Source of the DNA: Ministeria vibrans ATCC 50519
Taxonomy: Eukaryota > Protista > Filasterea
Reading direction: 5' to 3'
Length of the DNA stretch: 64,000 bases
NCBI GenBank assembly: GCA_943704425.1
Contig: CALSCP010002121.1
Location: 106,624 to 170,623, forward strand
Shown here: in pieces, positions 16,115 through 28,779 of the stretch
Numbering within the stretch: position 1 is the stretch's first letter
How the letters are laid out: each line of letters opens with the position of its first letter
Made by a program: the position numbers and the translations under genes
Notes under the pieces: model-generated
Told to the model about the DNA's origin: nothing
The model's database searches: none
What the model saw: the letters and a program-made list of their open reading frames with translations, nothing else

Positions 16115-18240
16115 TTACAAGACGCTATCTTCGACGTGCTCTGCTTCAAGGAGGCGTGCCGCCAAGCGCACGTCACTAATATCTGCGCCCGCATCGTCCT
16201 GATCGCACTCCATTGTCAGAGCGGTCCGCGCATCGTCGTCGTCCACCACCAGTGGTCTTCCCTCCTCATCACTCGCGTTGCGTGTTTTGCTCTCTCTCAC
16301 CTCTGCCGATTCACCGCCACCACCATTAGTAGCAGCAGCAGCAGCAGCAGCAGTGCGCCCCTTGAGTAAATTCGCATACTCACTGTCCTCAATGAGGCGC
16401 GTGTGCGTCTCCTTGCGCAGATAGAAAGCAACGACCATAAACCAGAGGGCGCTGATAAAGTAGGCCGTGGGCACGACAAAGAGCAGCGCATAGCGCACCG
16501 CCTCGTTGTAACCGTATTTGCGCCCCACAATGCCATCGTCGCCATCGCCGCCCAAGAGCGCACCGATGATGACCGAGCCAGTGCTTCCAATGAGCGTGTT
16601 GAAGGCAATGTAGACGGCGGTCGCGGTGCCGCGCATCGACGGCAGCGATACGTCCTGCACAATGGCGGCGGCAGGGCCCAGCCACGTCTCGGCCGACAGG
16701 TATGCCAGCGACAAACATCCAAAAGACGCATTGGCGGAGGGTGCAAGGAGTGTCGCAATGATCATGGGCACGGCCATGAGCTGCGACAGCACAATGACCA
16801 CCGCTTTGCCATCGACGCGACGCAGTGTTAGCCGGTCGGCGCAGTAGCCCCCGAGAAAGGATGAAAGCGTGCCTGCAATGGGGATGATCACCGCCAGAGC
16901 AATGCCATCTACACACAAAAAAGACAATCAGAGGAAGAGAAGACATCGCCAGTGCATGTGTACATTGGGTGGAGTCAAGTCCGTGCACTCGGTTGTAGAA
17001 AACGGCGGTGTATCCGCCCAGCGCATAGCCCGCAATGTTACGCACGGCCGCCGCCAGGCACACGTGTCGGTACGTGTGCGATCGCCACAAATGTTTCAGG
17101 GTCACCATCAGTGTGAACTGAGAGTGTGGAGAGTGAGTGAACGAGGCAAGTTGAAGCGATACACTGAGTACAACATGCGATGAAAAGTTGTACCTTTTCG
17201 TCGGTAGAGAGAGCATCGTCACGTTCAGCCTTTCCACGTGTGGGCTCGTTAGAGGTGAGAATCCACAGGAGAGCGACAGCAAAGCCAGGAAGAGACATGA
17301 TGAAGAAAGTGCTGCGCCAGCCAACGGAACCGTTGATGACGCCTGCGAGATAGCCCACACCCCCTCCTGCGTACACCTGCAACCCACAATTACATAATTA
17401 TAATAAGTGCAATATCAATATTATTATTATTATTATTATAATATTTTGGAAATAAACATACGCCAAAGTGATAGATGCTAAATGCAGTGGCTCGATGTTC
17501 GGCGGCAAAGAGGTCGCTGATGATGCTGAAGGCGGACGGATTGTACGTCGCCTCGCCAATGCCGAGAGCAATGCGGGTAAGCAGCAGTTGCCAGTATTCC
17601 TTGACGACGGCGTTGGCAAGGGTCATGGTCGTCCAAAGAAGCAAGCCGACAAAGATGATGCGAACGCGGTTGAAGTTGTCCGCTAAGCAGAGATGAGATC
17701 GAGATGAGAGAAGATGAGCTTTGCATTGCAATTTACCGAGTCTAGCCAAGGGGATGCCGGCGAGCACGTACATCACGGTGAATGCAGGGCCTGTCAAAAC
17801 CCCTGTGCCGACATCTGAGAAGGAGATGCAGTCGAGGGTGACGTTGGACGGTGGCGCTGTGGCGTTGACGGGCGGACACTGCAGCCCGCCGGGGATCAGG
17901 GCCGGCAGGAGGGTTCGATCGGCACCGTCTGCAAGGGACGACGGTAAAGGAGAGGGAGAGACGGGTCAGCGTGGGTGAAGGAGAGGCAGAGACGGGTCAG
18001 CGTGGGCGTAAGCGGGCGTCTGGAGGGGTCTTGTGGTTGCAAGCGCGTGAGTCGATGCGATGCGTTTCAATGTGTGTCTGCCGGGCGCACGACGCATGCT
18101 TGCTCGCCTTGGAAACGCCACTTACTCAAAATGTAGACGAAGAGCAACATGAGCAGCATGAATTTGGCGTGCTTTCCGTTGACAGCGGGCGGATTGTTCG
18201 AGCGGATCCACACGTTGAATCGGCGCCACATCTGGCCCAT
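16115..18240 (-). CDS. Spinster-like major facilitator superfamily transporter
   Basis: Motifs GIPLARLAD, LTRIALGIGEA, IISDLF...RATA, WRSTF, EPTRG and GGYCADRL; many hydrophobic helices. Start codon inferred. Confidence 0.8.
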
Positions 18241-18452
18241 TCCGGCTATTTCAATGAGTACAACTGAGGCGGCCGTTCAGCGCCAAGTAGTGCAGACGAG
18301 CGAGAAGTGACAGGATGACGGGAGTGCAGAAACCAAACAGACTGATTTTAGACTTGGGGCCATAATTAAATATTGATTCAACACACACACAACAACGCAT
18401 ATACCACAGCAAGTCAGTACTCAGTGACCACACGCATTTCATGACTGTTCGT

Positions 18453-21074
18453 ATGGAGCTGGCCACCAACACCCTGCTGTTGATCGTTGCATCGTTGGCA
18501 GTGCTGGCAGTGGACACCGCAGCCACTGCCAATGTGACGGTGCACAACAAAGGTCTTGACACTCTCAGTCCGACGCTCTACGCGGCCTTTTTCGAGACGG
18601 AAATCAACTGGGGGTCTGAAGGCGGTCTCTATGCAGGTAGGCTAGTGTATTGGTGTGCGACGGTAGACGAGAATTGACTTGTGATCTGCAGAAATGATCG
18701 CCAATCGCGATTTTGAAACCCTCGGGCGTGGCGTCATCCCATCCGCACCGTCCACCTCGAGGCACATTCCGCAAGCAAGTGTAGCCTCGATTGGTAAGGG
18801 AGTGACCGAAGAGCATCTCAATAAAAAGCGAACTTATTCAATGAGTTCACAGGATTGGATCCGAAAGAGCCAGCGCCCAATTTCGTCGACTACGACCCAT
18901 GGAAGGCGATTGCTTACGGCGGTGGGAGTGTGACCATTGCCGTTGTGAACTACACACAGCCGTTTCCCACGAATCCGTCTGTCCTGCAGGTCAAATCGAG
19001 TGCGCGCTGCACGCACCACAATAACACGCTCTTGTCGCTTCCCAGGTGGCCGTGGATTGCCCCATTTCGGCAACGGACAGTACGTGCGAGGGAGGGGTGT
19101 CCAACCCTGGGTTCTGGGGCATCAACGTGGTGAAAGGGCGTGCCTACAACCTGACGGTTGCAATGCGCTCGCTTGGTCATGTCAAGCGAGTGCGAATGCG
19201 TCTTGTTGATTCGGAAGGGGCTCTTGTGTCGAATGAGGCGACGGCGAGCATCACATCGCCTCCCGGTGAGTGGGGAGCGTACGCTGAGAGTCTTGTGGCG
19301 ACCGTGTCAGACTCGGCCGCATTGCTGCAGGTAATCGAAACCGCACAAGCGTTTTCATTGCATCTTGTGCACTATTGTTGCCTTGTAGGTTGTGACAAGT
19401 GACGATGGAACATTCTGGATGGACCATGTGAGCGTGTTTCCCAGTGACGCAGTCGGCGGGCTCTTTCGACGCGACCTGTTTGAACAGCTGCAAAAGCTGA
19501 ACATGGGGTTTATTCGGATGCCGGGAGGAAACTACCTGGAAGGGACGGGAGAGCGGACGCGGTGGGACTGGAAGGGGACGGCGATGGCGCGACAGCGGCG
19601 GAGCGGACACTACAACAGTGCGTGGGGGTACTGGGTGACAGATGGGATGGGGGTGTACGAGCAGCTGCGGCTGGCGGAGCTGCTAGGGACGGAGGCGCAG
19701 ATGGCGGTGTACACCGGCTACTCCATGGGGGCGCAATACAACCTGAGCGGGGTGTTTGCGGCGGAGGCAGTGGAGCTGCTTGAATTCTGCAACGGGGATG
19801 CGAGCACGCCGTACGGAGCGCAGCGGGCGCGCATGGGCCACGCAGCGCCGTTTGGCGTGGGGCGGCTGGAGGTGGGCAACGAAGAGCTGGACATGGACGG
19901 GTACACGACGCAGTACGAGCGCATTACGAGCGCAGTGTGGGAGCAGCAACGTAATGTGACTGTCGTGGCCAGCGGACGCTGGGGTCCACCCATTGCAGGC
20001 AACCCATGCCTTAGTGCAGGCGTGCGCTGTGACCTGTGGGACGACCATTACGTAGGACATTGTTATTATTTGTGCATCTTGCCTCTCTCACCTAGCTGAC
20101 CCTTACCTTCTTTCATAGTATCGCTCTGCAGATGAAATGGCTGCGGTACCAAAAACGCCGCACGCGAGCGCCATACTCTGACTTTTTGTGTTTTCTTCTT
20201 CTGTTGTTCATGCGTCGTTTATCCTCTCTCTATCACTCTTTCTTTATGACTCATTCACACACACACTCTCTCTCTCCTATCATTTTGTTTCTTTCTCCTC
20301 TCTCTGTATAACTCTTTGTGTCACATTTTTTTGTTATATGTCTCTGTCTCTGTGTGCCTCTCTGTCTTTCTCTCTTTTTATGTTTAGTTGGGCACTGCGT
20401 ATGACACGTACAACCGGTCGCTTCCCAATGTGTTTGTGGGAGAGTACGCGGCAAACAAGGATGGTAAGGGTGCGCTACAGAATGCCATTGCCGAGGCCGT
20501 CTTTCTGTTGGGCTTCGAGCGCAATGCCGACAAGGTCAAGGCCAGTGCATTTGCACCTCTGTTTCGCAATGTCGCTGCGAGTCAGTGGAGCTACGATCTC
20601 ATCAACTTCAACTCGTCGTCGCTCTTTGTGCTCCCTTCCTTCCATGTTCAGGTGCACAATCAATATACCGCGTACCAAGCTCTAGGTTGTACTGACGTGC
20701 TCTCGTTCCCGCAGTCGATGCTTCAAAAGGTATCTGTGGGCGCAACGACACTGGCAATGACTCTGGAAGGACTGGCCGCACCCTCAACGATTATTGCCAG
20801 TGCGCGTGCCGGCTCCGTCGACGTCAAGGCCGCCAATTACGCTGGCGAGCCTGTGCCCCTGACCATTCAGCTTGACTCGACTTTCAACGTCGCTTCTTCG
20901 TCGGCGTCCGTCGTCACTCTGACGTCTGCGCAAGGTCCACTTGCGGAAAATTCACTGGACCATCCAGACAACGTCTCACCCGTGCTATCCTCCGTGCCCA
21001 TCACCTCCAAAGGTCTTCTCACCATTACATTGCCTCCTTGGTCTCTGGTCATTGTTTCCGTCCCCACGAAGTGA
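18453..21074 (+). CDS. Secreted alpha-L-arabinofuranosidase, glycoside hydrolase family 51
   Basis: Signal peptide; motifs FFETEIN...GGLYAEMIANRDFE, NPGFWGI, FIRMPGGNYLEG, LEVGNEE (acid/base), DDHY, FVGEYA (nucleophile) and ERNADKV. An in-frame ATG at 18441 is an alternative start. Confidence 0.9.
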
Positions 21075-21212
21075 TGATTTGATTTTTTTCATCATGATGA
21101 TGAAAATTTTACTCAACCCATTTGTGTAAAGATGAAAAGTTCCTCTCTCAACTCTCAAGAATCACTTTCACTTTATTCTCTCTCTTCTCTCTTTTCAATC
21201 TCTACATATACC

Positions 21213-23866
21213 ATGTCGAACTGGGCGTGCTTTGGTCACTCGAAGGGGTTGCGTTACGACTTGGAGGCTGTCCGCAACGCTCTTCGTCGCGCCAAAATGC
21301 TCCCTGCGATTGTCGACCAGTCGCTCGCCCGCCTTGTGTGTGTCTGTGCGATGGGCAGCGCCCAGTCTGGTACAGTGGACACTGGCGAGTACGTCGGCGA
21401 CGTTGGCGCGCGCATCGTGGACTGTTTGAGTCATAGCGCGAGCGACGACTACGTCTTCGCGACGAAACCCTTGGCGTCGCTTGGTCCTCTCGTCGCACGT
21501 CTCTGCACGCGACTCTCCATGCGATGCGACGGAACCGATTCATGGCAACCCACTCTGCCGTATGACCTGAGTGCCATGCGTCTGTTGCGTGTGCTCACAG
21601 CATGCGCCAGTCGCGAGTCTCGCGAGGCGCTCGTCTCGGTCCTCCAGCAAGACGAAATGCGTTGCACCATTGAACGCTGTCGCGCCACGGCTACTTCAAT
21701 GACTATGCGTCACACCCACACTGTTGATCTGGACCTTCCCGAGACGTTGATGACGACGCTACTGGGCGAGAAGAGCGAAAACATTCGTGCGCTCACGATG
21801 ATCTCCAACGTGCACGTTTCCATCTTCAAGAAGTCGGGTGCCAAGCCCGCTCCGCTTTTCGCCAAGGTGTCGGCGAGCATTCTTGCGACATTCGAAATGA
21901 TTGCGACGGACGAAGCGCTCGCCGACACGCGGCAGCACCTGGCCGAGACAGTCATGGGTGTCGTGGGCAGTCTCGTGTCGCACGCGCGCTTCACCAAGTA
22001 TCTGGTGGCACTGCGCGTCGCTGAGAAGGCCGAAAAACAAGGTGAGAAGAAGACGAGTAAGAAGATGGCAAGTGAGGCAACTAAACGGCGTGCGCCCTTC
22101 CCGGCGGGTGCCGGTCATGCTCGCAAGCGATTCCATTATTGATTTTTTTTGCTTGAGTCTCTCTAATGCACCATTTTTCTTCCTTTTCTCTTTCTTCAAA
22201 AACAACCAATATTGGTATAGCAGAGCGCATGTCTCGTCGGGTGTATGGTCTATCGATGGATAGTTTGGTCATGACTGGTCGCGATGCGATTTGTGAAGCA
22301 TTGGACTGTGATGACGGGGAAGAAGACGGATCAAAGTGGGGAAAGCGGAAGAACAGCCGACGCAGACCGAGTTGCAAACAAGCGAGAGAGGTGATGGCGC
22401 AGCGGCGGTCGTCGGGCCGACGCCAATCACGTCTGATGACTCGACTGCGTGATGAGAAGCAACTGGGATTGGCAATGGACAAGGCATCCATGGTGGTAGT
22501 GGCGGAGGAGAATGATAGCGGCGTGGACTCGAGCGAGGAACGGCGAGAGAGTGACAGTGACAGCGTGGTTGCTGATGCAGCGGATTTGGATTATGGCCAC
22601 GAGTCGACGTCGCACCATTCTATTCCTTGTGTGGCTCACCACCGGCTATTCCGTGCGCTCACGCAGCATACTCTCAATGCTCTGCGTGAGCTGTGGCATG
22701 ACGTTGCGCAACACACGAGTGCCCTGATATGCTCGTGCGAACACCAGCGCAACCACGACCGACATACCCGTCAACTGGAAATACTCATGGCTCACGGGAA
22801 TGCATTGATGAATCGTTCGATGACTTCTGTGTCCATTCAGGTGTCTCTTCCACAAACGGTGCAGGACTATCTGAAGACGCTGGCCGAGTCATCCTTTGAA
22901 CAGATGCACCGTCTGCCACTCATTGCTATTGTGTTGGCGGATCCCCTGGCACGTATTCTTTTCAAGGAGACGCTGGAGGATCTTGCGCTGCAAGAACGGC
23001 GGGCTCGCATGCCTGTCGACACGTCTCCTATAACAGCAGCGATACCAGTGAGTGAGACGCTTCCACTGGCGCTTCTTCTAGCAGACGTGGGCACCTTTGT
23101 GGGTAAAGGCGGAAAAAATCTGAAGGACCTTGTGCGCGAAGCTGTGTTTGTCGTCTTCCAGGAGCGAACGGAGGTAGTGACGGCGATTCATTCGGCTGTG
23201 GAACCGGACCCGATTGTGCACACCCGACGTGTGCTGAAGGTGACACTGACAGTGTCTGACTTGGCACATGTGCCACAGGCAATGCGAGCGATGTCGTGTT
23301 TGCGAGAGCGAGTGAATGCTGAGACGACGCGGGTGGCGCAGGAGCAAAAGGTGCGCTTAGCTGCAGTAACGAATCGACAACAGGCGTGGATGGCACGACA
23401 GGAGAAACGACGGGCGCGATATGCCAGCCGTGGTAATCGTGTAGTTGTACCACTTCCCCCTTCGGCCAAGGTGCTTGCCACGTTGCGAGTGCACGCCAGG
23501 AGACAGTGTGCTCACACGTACAAGTCAAAGGGAGACCGTGGATCGAGGAAGACGTTGGCGAATGTGGCTGTTCCAAAGCGACGTGAGCTTCAGCGGCTTG
23601 TGCGAGAGGCGTCGTCGACGACGGCCGCTGTTGAGGCACAGGCGCGCTCAAGTCAGCTTCGATGCCGATCATGCCATGGCGACGCAACAACGGAGCAATG
23701 TGAGTGTCACGAGGGTTACTATCTTTCTCACGAAGGCTTCTGGTCGTGCTGCATGTCAGAGGGCATTGACGCGGCGCCTTGCGCGCTGCGCTTGTGTCAT
23801 GATTGGCGATCAACCCAGGTCATGAAGCGAGGGCGTGCCAGGAACGATGATTTGTATCAAGAGTAA
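21213..23866 (+). CDS. Hypothetical protein with two KH-like motifs and a C-terminal Btk-type-like Cys/His finger (one spliced gene or two adjacent ORFs)
   Basis: ORFs 21213-22142 and 22229-23866 can be joined by a phase-1 intron: donor at 22042 or 22108, CTAAT branch at ~22163, acceptor AG at 22219-22220. Motifs LLGEKSENIRAL, FVGKGGKNLKDL and CHEGYYLSHEGFWSCC. Confidence 0.6.
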
Positions 23867-24091
23867 ATAATATTTGGAAAGAAAATATTTATAAAATAAT
23901 ACAATTACTTTATTTATTATAGTGTTTAAGTGTTGATTATTTTATTGTGTTACCCTTCCGTCCCTTCGTATTTTGTATTAATTCGTTAAATTCTTAATTA
24001 TTCTGGTGTATTATTATGCATTATAATATTACTTATATAATTATTAATAATTTGGCATTTGGCATTTTTTTCTGTCCTTGGGTCTCTCTTT

Positions 24092-24808
24092 ATGAATCTC
24101 TCGTCTTCTTTTGTTACCTATGCCATTCTACCATATGTTGTAGTGATTGGCACAGCTGTTCTGCTTACTTTTCCGTTCACAGTGGCCGATTGGCTTCGAG
24201 TTGGGCGAAAAATTCAATCCAGTCGTGCACAACCTCCTCGTCTCGCCGAACGTCTTCTCTGTGCCCGCCTGGTACTTACTAATTTGCTAGTTGTACTCCC
24301 TGTGTCACTTCTGTTGTCGTGGCGAGCGCTCGAGTGGCTAACGGACCCGCTTGAAGCGGAATGGCCTTCGTTTGCAAATGTGTGTGCGCAACTCGCGATT
24401 TTTTTTATCGCCGACGATACGGCGTTCTACGTGTATCACCGTGGCCTCCATGCCTCGCCGTGGCTCTACCTTCACATTCACAAGGTGCACCATCGGTTTA
24501 CGGCGCCCTTTGCGTGGACGGCGTACGCTACCAATCCGGTTGAGTTTGTGTTGCAGGCTGCTGGAAGTGCACTGCCGCTGCTGCTACTCAGACCGCATTT
24601 CGGCGTTCTTTTGGTTTGGCTTGTGGTCCGCCAAGTGCCCGGTGTGCTGGATCACGTTGGATTTGCGTGGTGGCCCTTTGCACGCTTTCACGATCTGCAT
24701 CATGAAGTCAACACAGGCAACTTCGCCTCTGTCTTTCCTCTCTTGGATGATCTGGGAGGGACTCGAATCAAACCAAGCCGGGCGAGTATAGCCAAGCGTG
24801 TCCAATGA
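24092..24808 (+). CDS. Fatty acid hydroxylase / sterol desaturase superfamily (sterol methyl oxidase-like)
   Basis: Histidine boxes YHRGLH, HIHKVHH, DHVG and FHDLHH, with hydrophobic segments; intronless. Confidence 0.85.
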   Translation: MNLSSSFVTYAILPYVVVIGTAVLLTFPFTVADWLRVGRKIQSSRAQPPRLAERLLCARLVLTNLLVVLPVSLLLSWRALEWLTDPLEAEWPSFANVCAQLAIFFIADDTAFYVYHRGLHASPWLYLHIHKVHHRFTAPFAWTAYATNPVEFVLQAAGSALPLLLLRPHFGVLLVWLVVRQVPGVLDHVGFAWWPFARFHDLHHEVNTGNFASVFPLLDDLGGTRIKPSRASIAKRVQ

Positions 24809-25302
24809 ATTCTTGGTAGCGCGTCGAGGCAAAGAGAAAGACAAAGGAAGCGCGCCTGAATCACCAAAGAAAGAGAAAGGTGCGTGTGTGTGACTGAACA
24901 AACTTGTACGCGCCTTCGAGGTACTTGTCTCAAGGACGATGCCACCCTGACAAAGAGACAGCGATGTATGTCTTGGACGATAATACATGCGCGGTAATTA
25001 TTAATGGGCGGCTTCATTAACCTGTGAGGAGTGTAATAATTATTATTATTAGTTTGAGTCAAAATAAAAGTTTACTCATTAATTTATCTGATACTTTTCA
25101 CTATTGCGTGGCATTGTCTATCTCCCCATTCACAAATCACCAAACCCAAACCTCTGCCTAGCATTTGAACTTTGGACGTAGATTTTCGTAGATCTACGCA
25201 ATGTCCAAAAATCCAACTGTACAAAACATGTTGTCACCAATTGGACTTGTACTCATTGCAACACCCCTACACCCATAGCTAAACATCCGCACGCGGCCGA
25301 AC

Positions 25303-28300
25303 ATGGACCTGTTCTGCTCTCAGTTGCTTGAAATGGGTGTTGACAGAGACTTGATCGACCTCGCCATTCACGATGGCTTCGTGGAAGTGCCAGCGGCGCT
25401 CGATTGGTAAGCGATCGTTGAAACTGCACCTACCGAGCCTCTTAGATCCCTCTGCCGCTCCAGCCGTTGCGATGTCTTTTTGTTTTTTGTTGACGAATTG
25501 TTTTCGTGATGCGTCATTTTTGTTTCCAGGATTCTCGCTGGATGTATTCCTCGCGAAAACGCCGAAAAGGAGAGTGCGCTTGACGCGGCGCAGCTTGTCA
25601 AGAATGTGCCATCATATGGCGGACCTGTCGTTGCGGATGCGACGGGTGGCGAATCGAGGACGGCGACGGGACGCGCTGGTGAGACGCACCAGCCGGCTGT
25701 GGTCGCGCTTGAGACGCGAATGCGCAACCGCGAGGAAGCAGAGGAATTTGAGAAGCGCGAGTCGTGCCGACGTGCGGAACAGTTGAAGAAGAAGAAACGT
25801 GCTGACGCGGAGAACCGTCGAAATGTGCTTGCCGAAGTCGAGGCAGATCGCAAAATGCAAAAGTTGCGTCGTGGAGAGCTGGTCGATGTTGACATGGAAA
25901 CGCCACACATTGCTACTGCTGCTGCTGCTGCTAGCACTGCCACCTCCACGACAAGACCTGCTGAGTCTGTATTGCAAATCAGGCTGCCAGGTCCGCCGGG
26001 GATACTCAAGGTGGTGTTGGCATCGACGGCGTCCTTGAGTGAGGTCATTGCTAAAGTCGCACCCACCGTCAACGGCAGTTTTCACTTGTTGCAGGCGTTT
26101 CCGCGGCGTATCTACAACGAAGAAGATCATTTCAAGAGCCTTGTAGAGCTAGGATTGGCGGGGCGTGCTAGTCTTAACGTCCTATTGCAGCCTGGCAAAC
26201 AGGCTGTATCTCTGCCTTCACTGACGTACAAGCAAAAGCAAGAAAAACCATCACCAATGAGAATGATTTTTATTTTTGTTTTCTGTGTATGTGTAGGATG
26301 GATTTGCCAGTCAAGACAGAGAAAGTGCCGGTACGAATGCCATCGCAGGAGCAAAGGGCGGTTGGTGTAGGATACCGATGGGGCAGAGGTGCAAAGTTGG
26401 ACGGAGACGGTGAGGTGGAGGAAGAAGAAGAGGGCGAAGAGGGGGAGAGGGAAGAGGGGGAGAGGGAAGAGGGGGAGAGGGAAGAGGAGGCGATGGGTGA
26501 AGAAGATGAGGAAATGGCCGAGGGAGAAGCTATGGATGTGAACGATGTGGACATGGAAGGTGGGGTGGACGAGAACGAAGGTGACGAGGAAGACGATGAG
26601 ATGGGGGATGGCGAAGACGAAAATGATGCGGATGACAATGGTCCACCGCGAGTGGGACGATTTAATTTTGGACCTGGGGCAGCGCCATTCAACCCAGTGC
26701 TCCATCAGAGACGAGTGGGTCGAAATGCCCCCATGCAGCCGTTTGGCGGCCAAGGTAACCGACTGGGCGATGCTGCGTCCGCTGAGGCTCCCGCCGCCGC
26801 TGCCGATGCTGCTGCCGCTGCGGCGCCTGCCCTAGCCGCTGCTCCACAGCAACATGCTGAGCCACAGCCGCAAGTTGATCCTCGTCAGGCACGACTGGCC
26901 GCCTTGGAACGGCGCAGTGCAGAGGCGGCGGAGGTCGCTGAGGAGCAGGCACGCGAGAGGGCGATTGAACAGGAGTTTAGCGTGAAGAAAGTGTGGGAGC
27001 AGTACTGGCGCAAGAACCCGACACTGTTTGCATTGACCGCCGAAACTTTGGCGAGCCTTATTAAACGACGTTTGCCGGCGACGATGAAGATGTCGGGTCT
27101 GTCTGCGGACGTTGCCGCGCACGTGATTCGTCTGTTGTGCCGCGACGGCACCCTCAACGGCAAGATTGTCGAGACGTTTGCGCCGTGTGGCCTCACTGAC
27201 CTCGACTTGGGTGACTACTCCAAGCTGGGCAATGAAATTGCGCTGGCAAGCTCGCGTCATGTGTACTTGCGCTCGCTCAATCTGTCAGGTGGTCCGTTTC
27301 TTACCGACGAAGGACTGCGATTATTCAACCGGTTTGATTGCCTGACGGCGCTTGACCTGGGACTGTGCAAGTGCCTGACGGACGGTGCAGTCGAGTACAT
27401 TTGCGAGCTCAAACGCGACACGCTCACGGCGCTTAGTCTGGAGAACAGCAAAGTGAGCGATCATGGCTTTGCGCGTTTGTGCGAGCACTTTCATACGCTG
27501 GAGCGTCTCAACGTGGCCGGCACACATGTGACAGGCGCCACGCTGGGATCGTGTGCCTTGCTCAAGTGTCTCGTGTCGCTAAATGTGTCGCGCACGCAGA
27601 CCCGCTCGTTTGCTCGACTGCCTGCGCTCACATCCTTACGCTCGCTTGCCATTGACAAGGTTCCCGTGAGCGACAGCCGCGAAATTTTGGCGCTCTGCAT
27701 GGCCGTGCCCAGCCTAACAGCGCTAAGCCTGGCAGGTGTCGAGGTTGGCGACGAGGCTCTTGCGTTTATTGGCGAGCATCTGCAGCGTCTCGAGACCATT
27801 CTGTTGCCGCATCGACTGCACGTGTCGGACGCAGCGCTACCAAGCATTGCGCGTCTGCATTGTCTGCGTCAGTTAGATCTCGATGGTTATCGTCAGGTGA
27901 CCGACAAAGGCGTGGCGTCGCTCGTGCCGCTGCGCTCCTCGTTGCGTCGTCTGTCGCTTGCCAACACCAACATTAGCGACGATGCTTTTGCGTCGCTCAT
28001 TCAACTGACCGAACTGCGCGACCTTGTGCTCGATCGTACCGCCATCACCGACGCAGGCCTGCTCATGCTCCAGGGTCACCTACCCTATCTTGAGGAGCTA
28101 TCACTGGCGGCCACGGCCGTTGGTGAGCGAGTCAGTCAGTCTCTCAACGGCCTTCAGCACCTGGAGCGCCTCAACCTGTCGCACACTCGTGCCTTTGACG
28201 AAGGTACGTTTTTATTTTATTTTTCTATCAGAATAAGAAAAGAATTATTAATAGAGAATTTCAATGTCAAAACAAAACAAGACAATATACAAACCAAGCA

Positions 28301-28614
28301 CAATACTTTTTCACCGTAGACTAACTACGATAATAATAATAATTATTATATATTTTTTCCTGACGATTGCAGATCTTATGGCACTCAATTTGCCCTCTTT
28401 GCGTCTGCTCAATCTTGATTGTGCCCACATTTCCGATGCGACGGCTGGGCTGATGCTGACGCGGCTGCTGCTGCCGTCGCTACAGACGGTGCGTGCTCGA
28501 GTGCGTCGAGCAGTGGTGGCGCAGCAGGGAGGCGCTGTCGGCCAGCAGAGAATGAATTGGAATGCGGCTGGTGTGGACGAGGAGGAGGACGAGGAAGAAG
28601 ATGTGGACATGTAA
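25303..28614 (+). CDS. UBA-coiled coil-UBX-acidic-LRR protein
   Basis: UBA-like QLLEMGVDRD...ALDW. UBX motifs LQIRLPG, FPRRIY and SLVELGLAGRASL. In-phase intron 26226-26296. More than 10 LRRs of the LxxLxLxx...TD type. Confidence 0.8.
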
Positions 28615-28779
28615 AGATGCACTAAAATTAATTGACTGTTCGATTTGCATAATAATCATTATGGTTTATCAGTCCTGTATCAGTAGTAAAACGACAAAAG
28701 AGTTGCATTTCCCTTCTAAATATACAGTTGTAAGTCTTGGGCGTCTCCCAAAGCTAAATATTGCGGGGTTGCAGCTTAA

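Noticed and set aside
17947-18006. 30-bp direct repeat
   Set aside because: A local slippage duplication inside an intron of the MFS gene, with no further structure.
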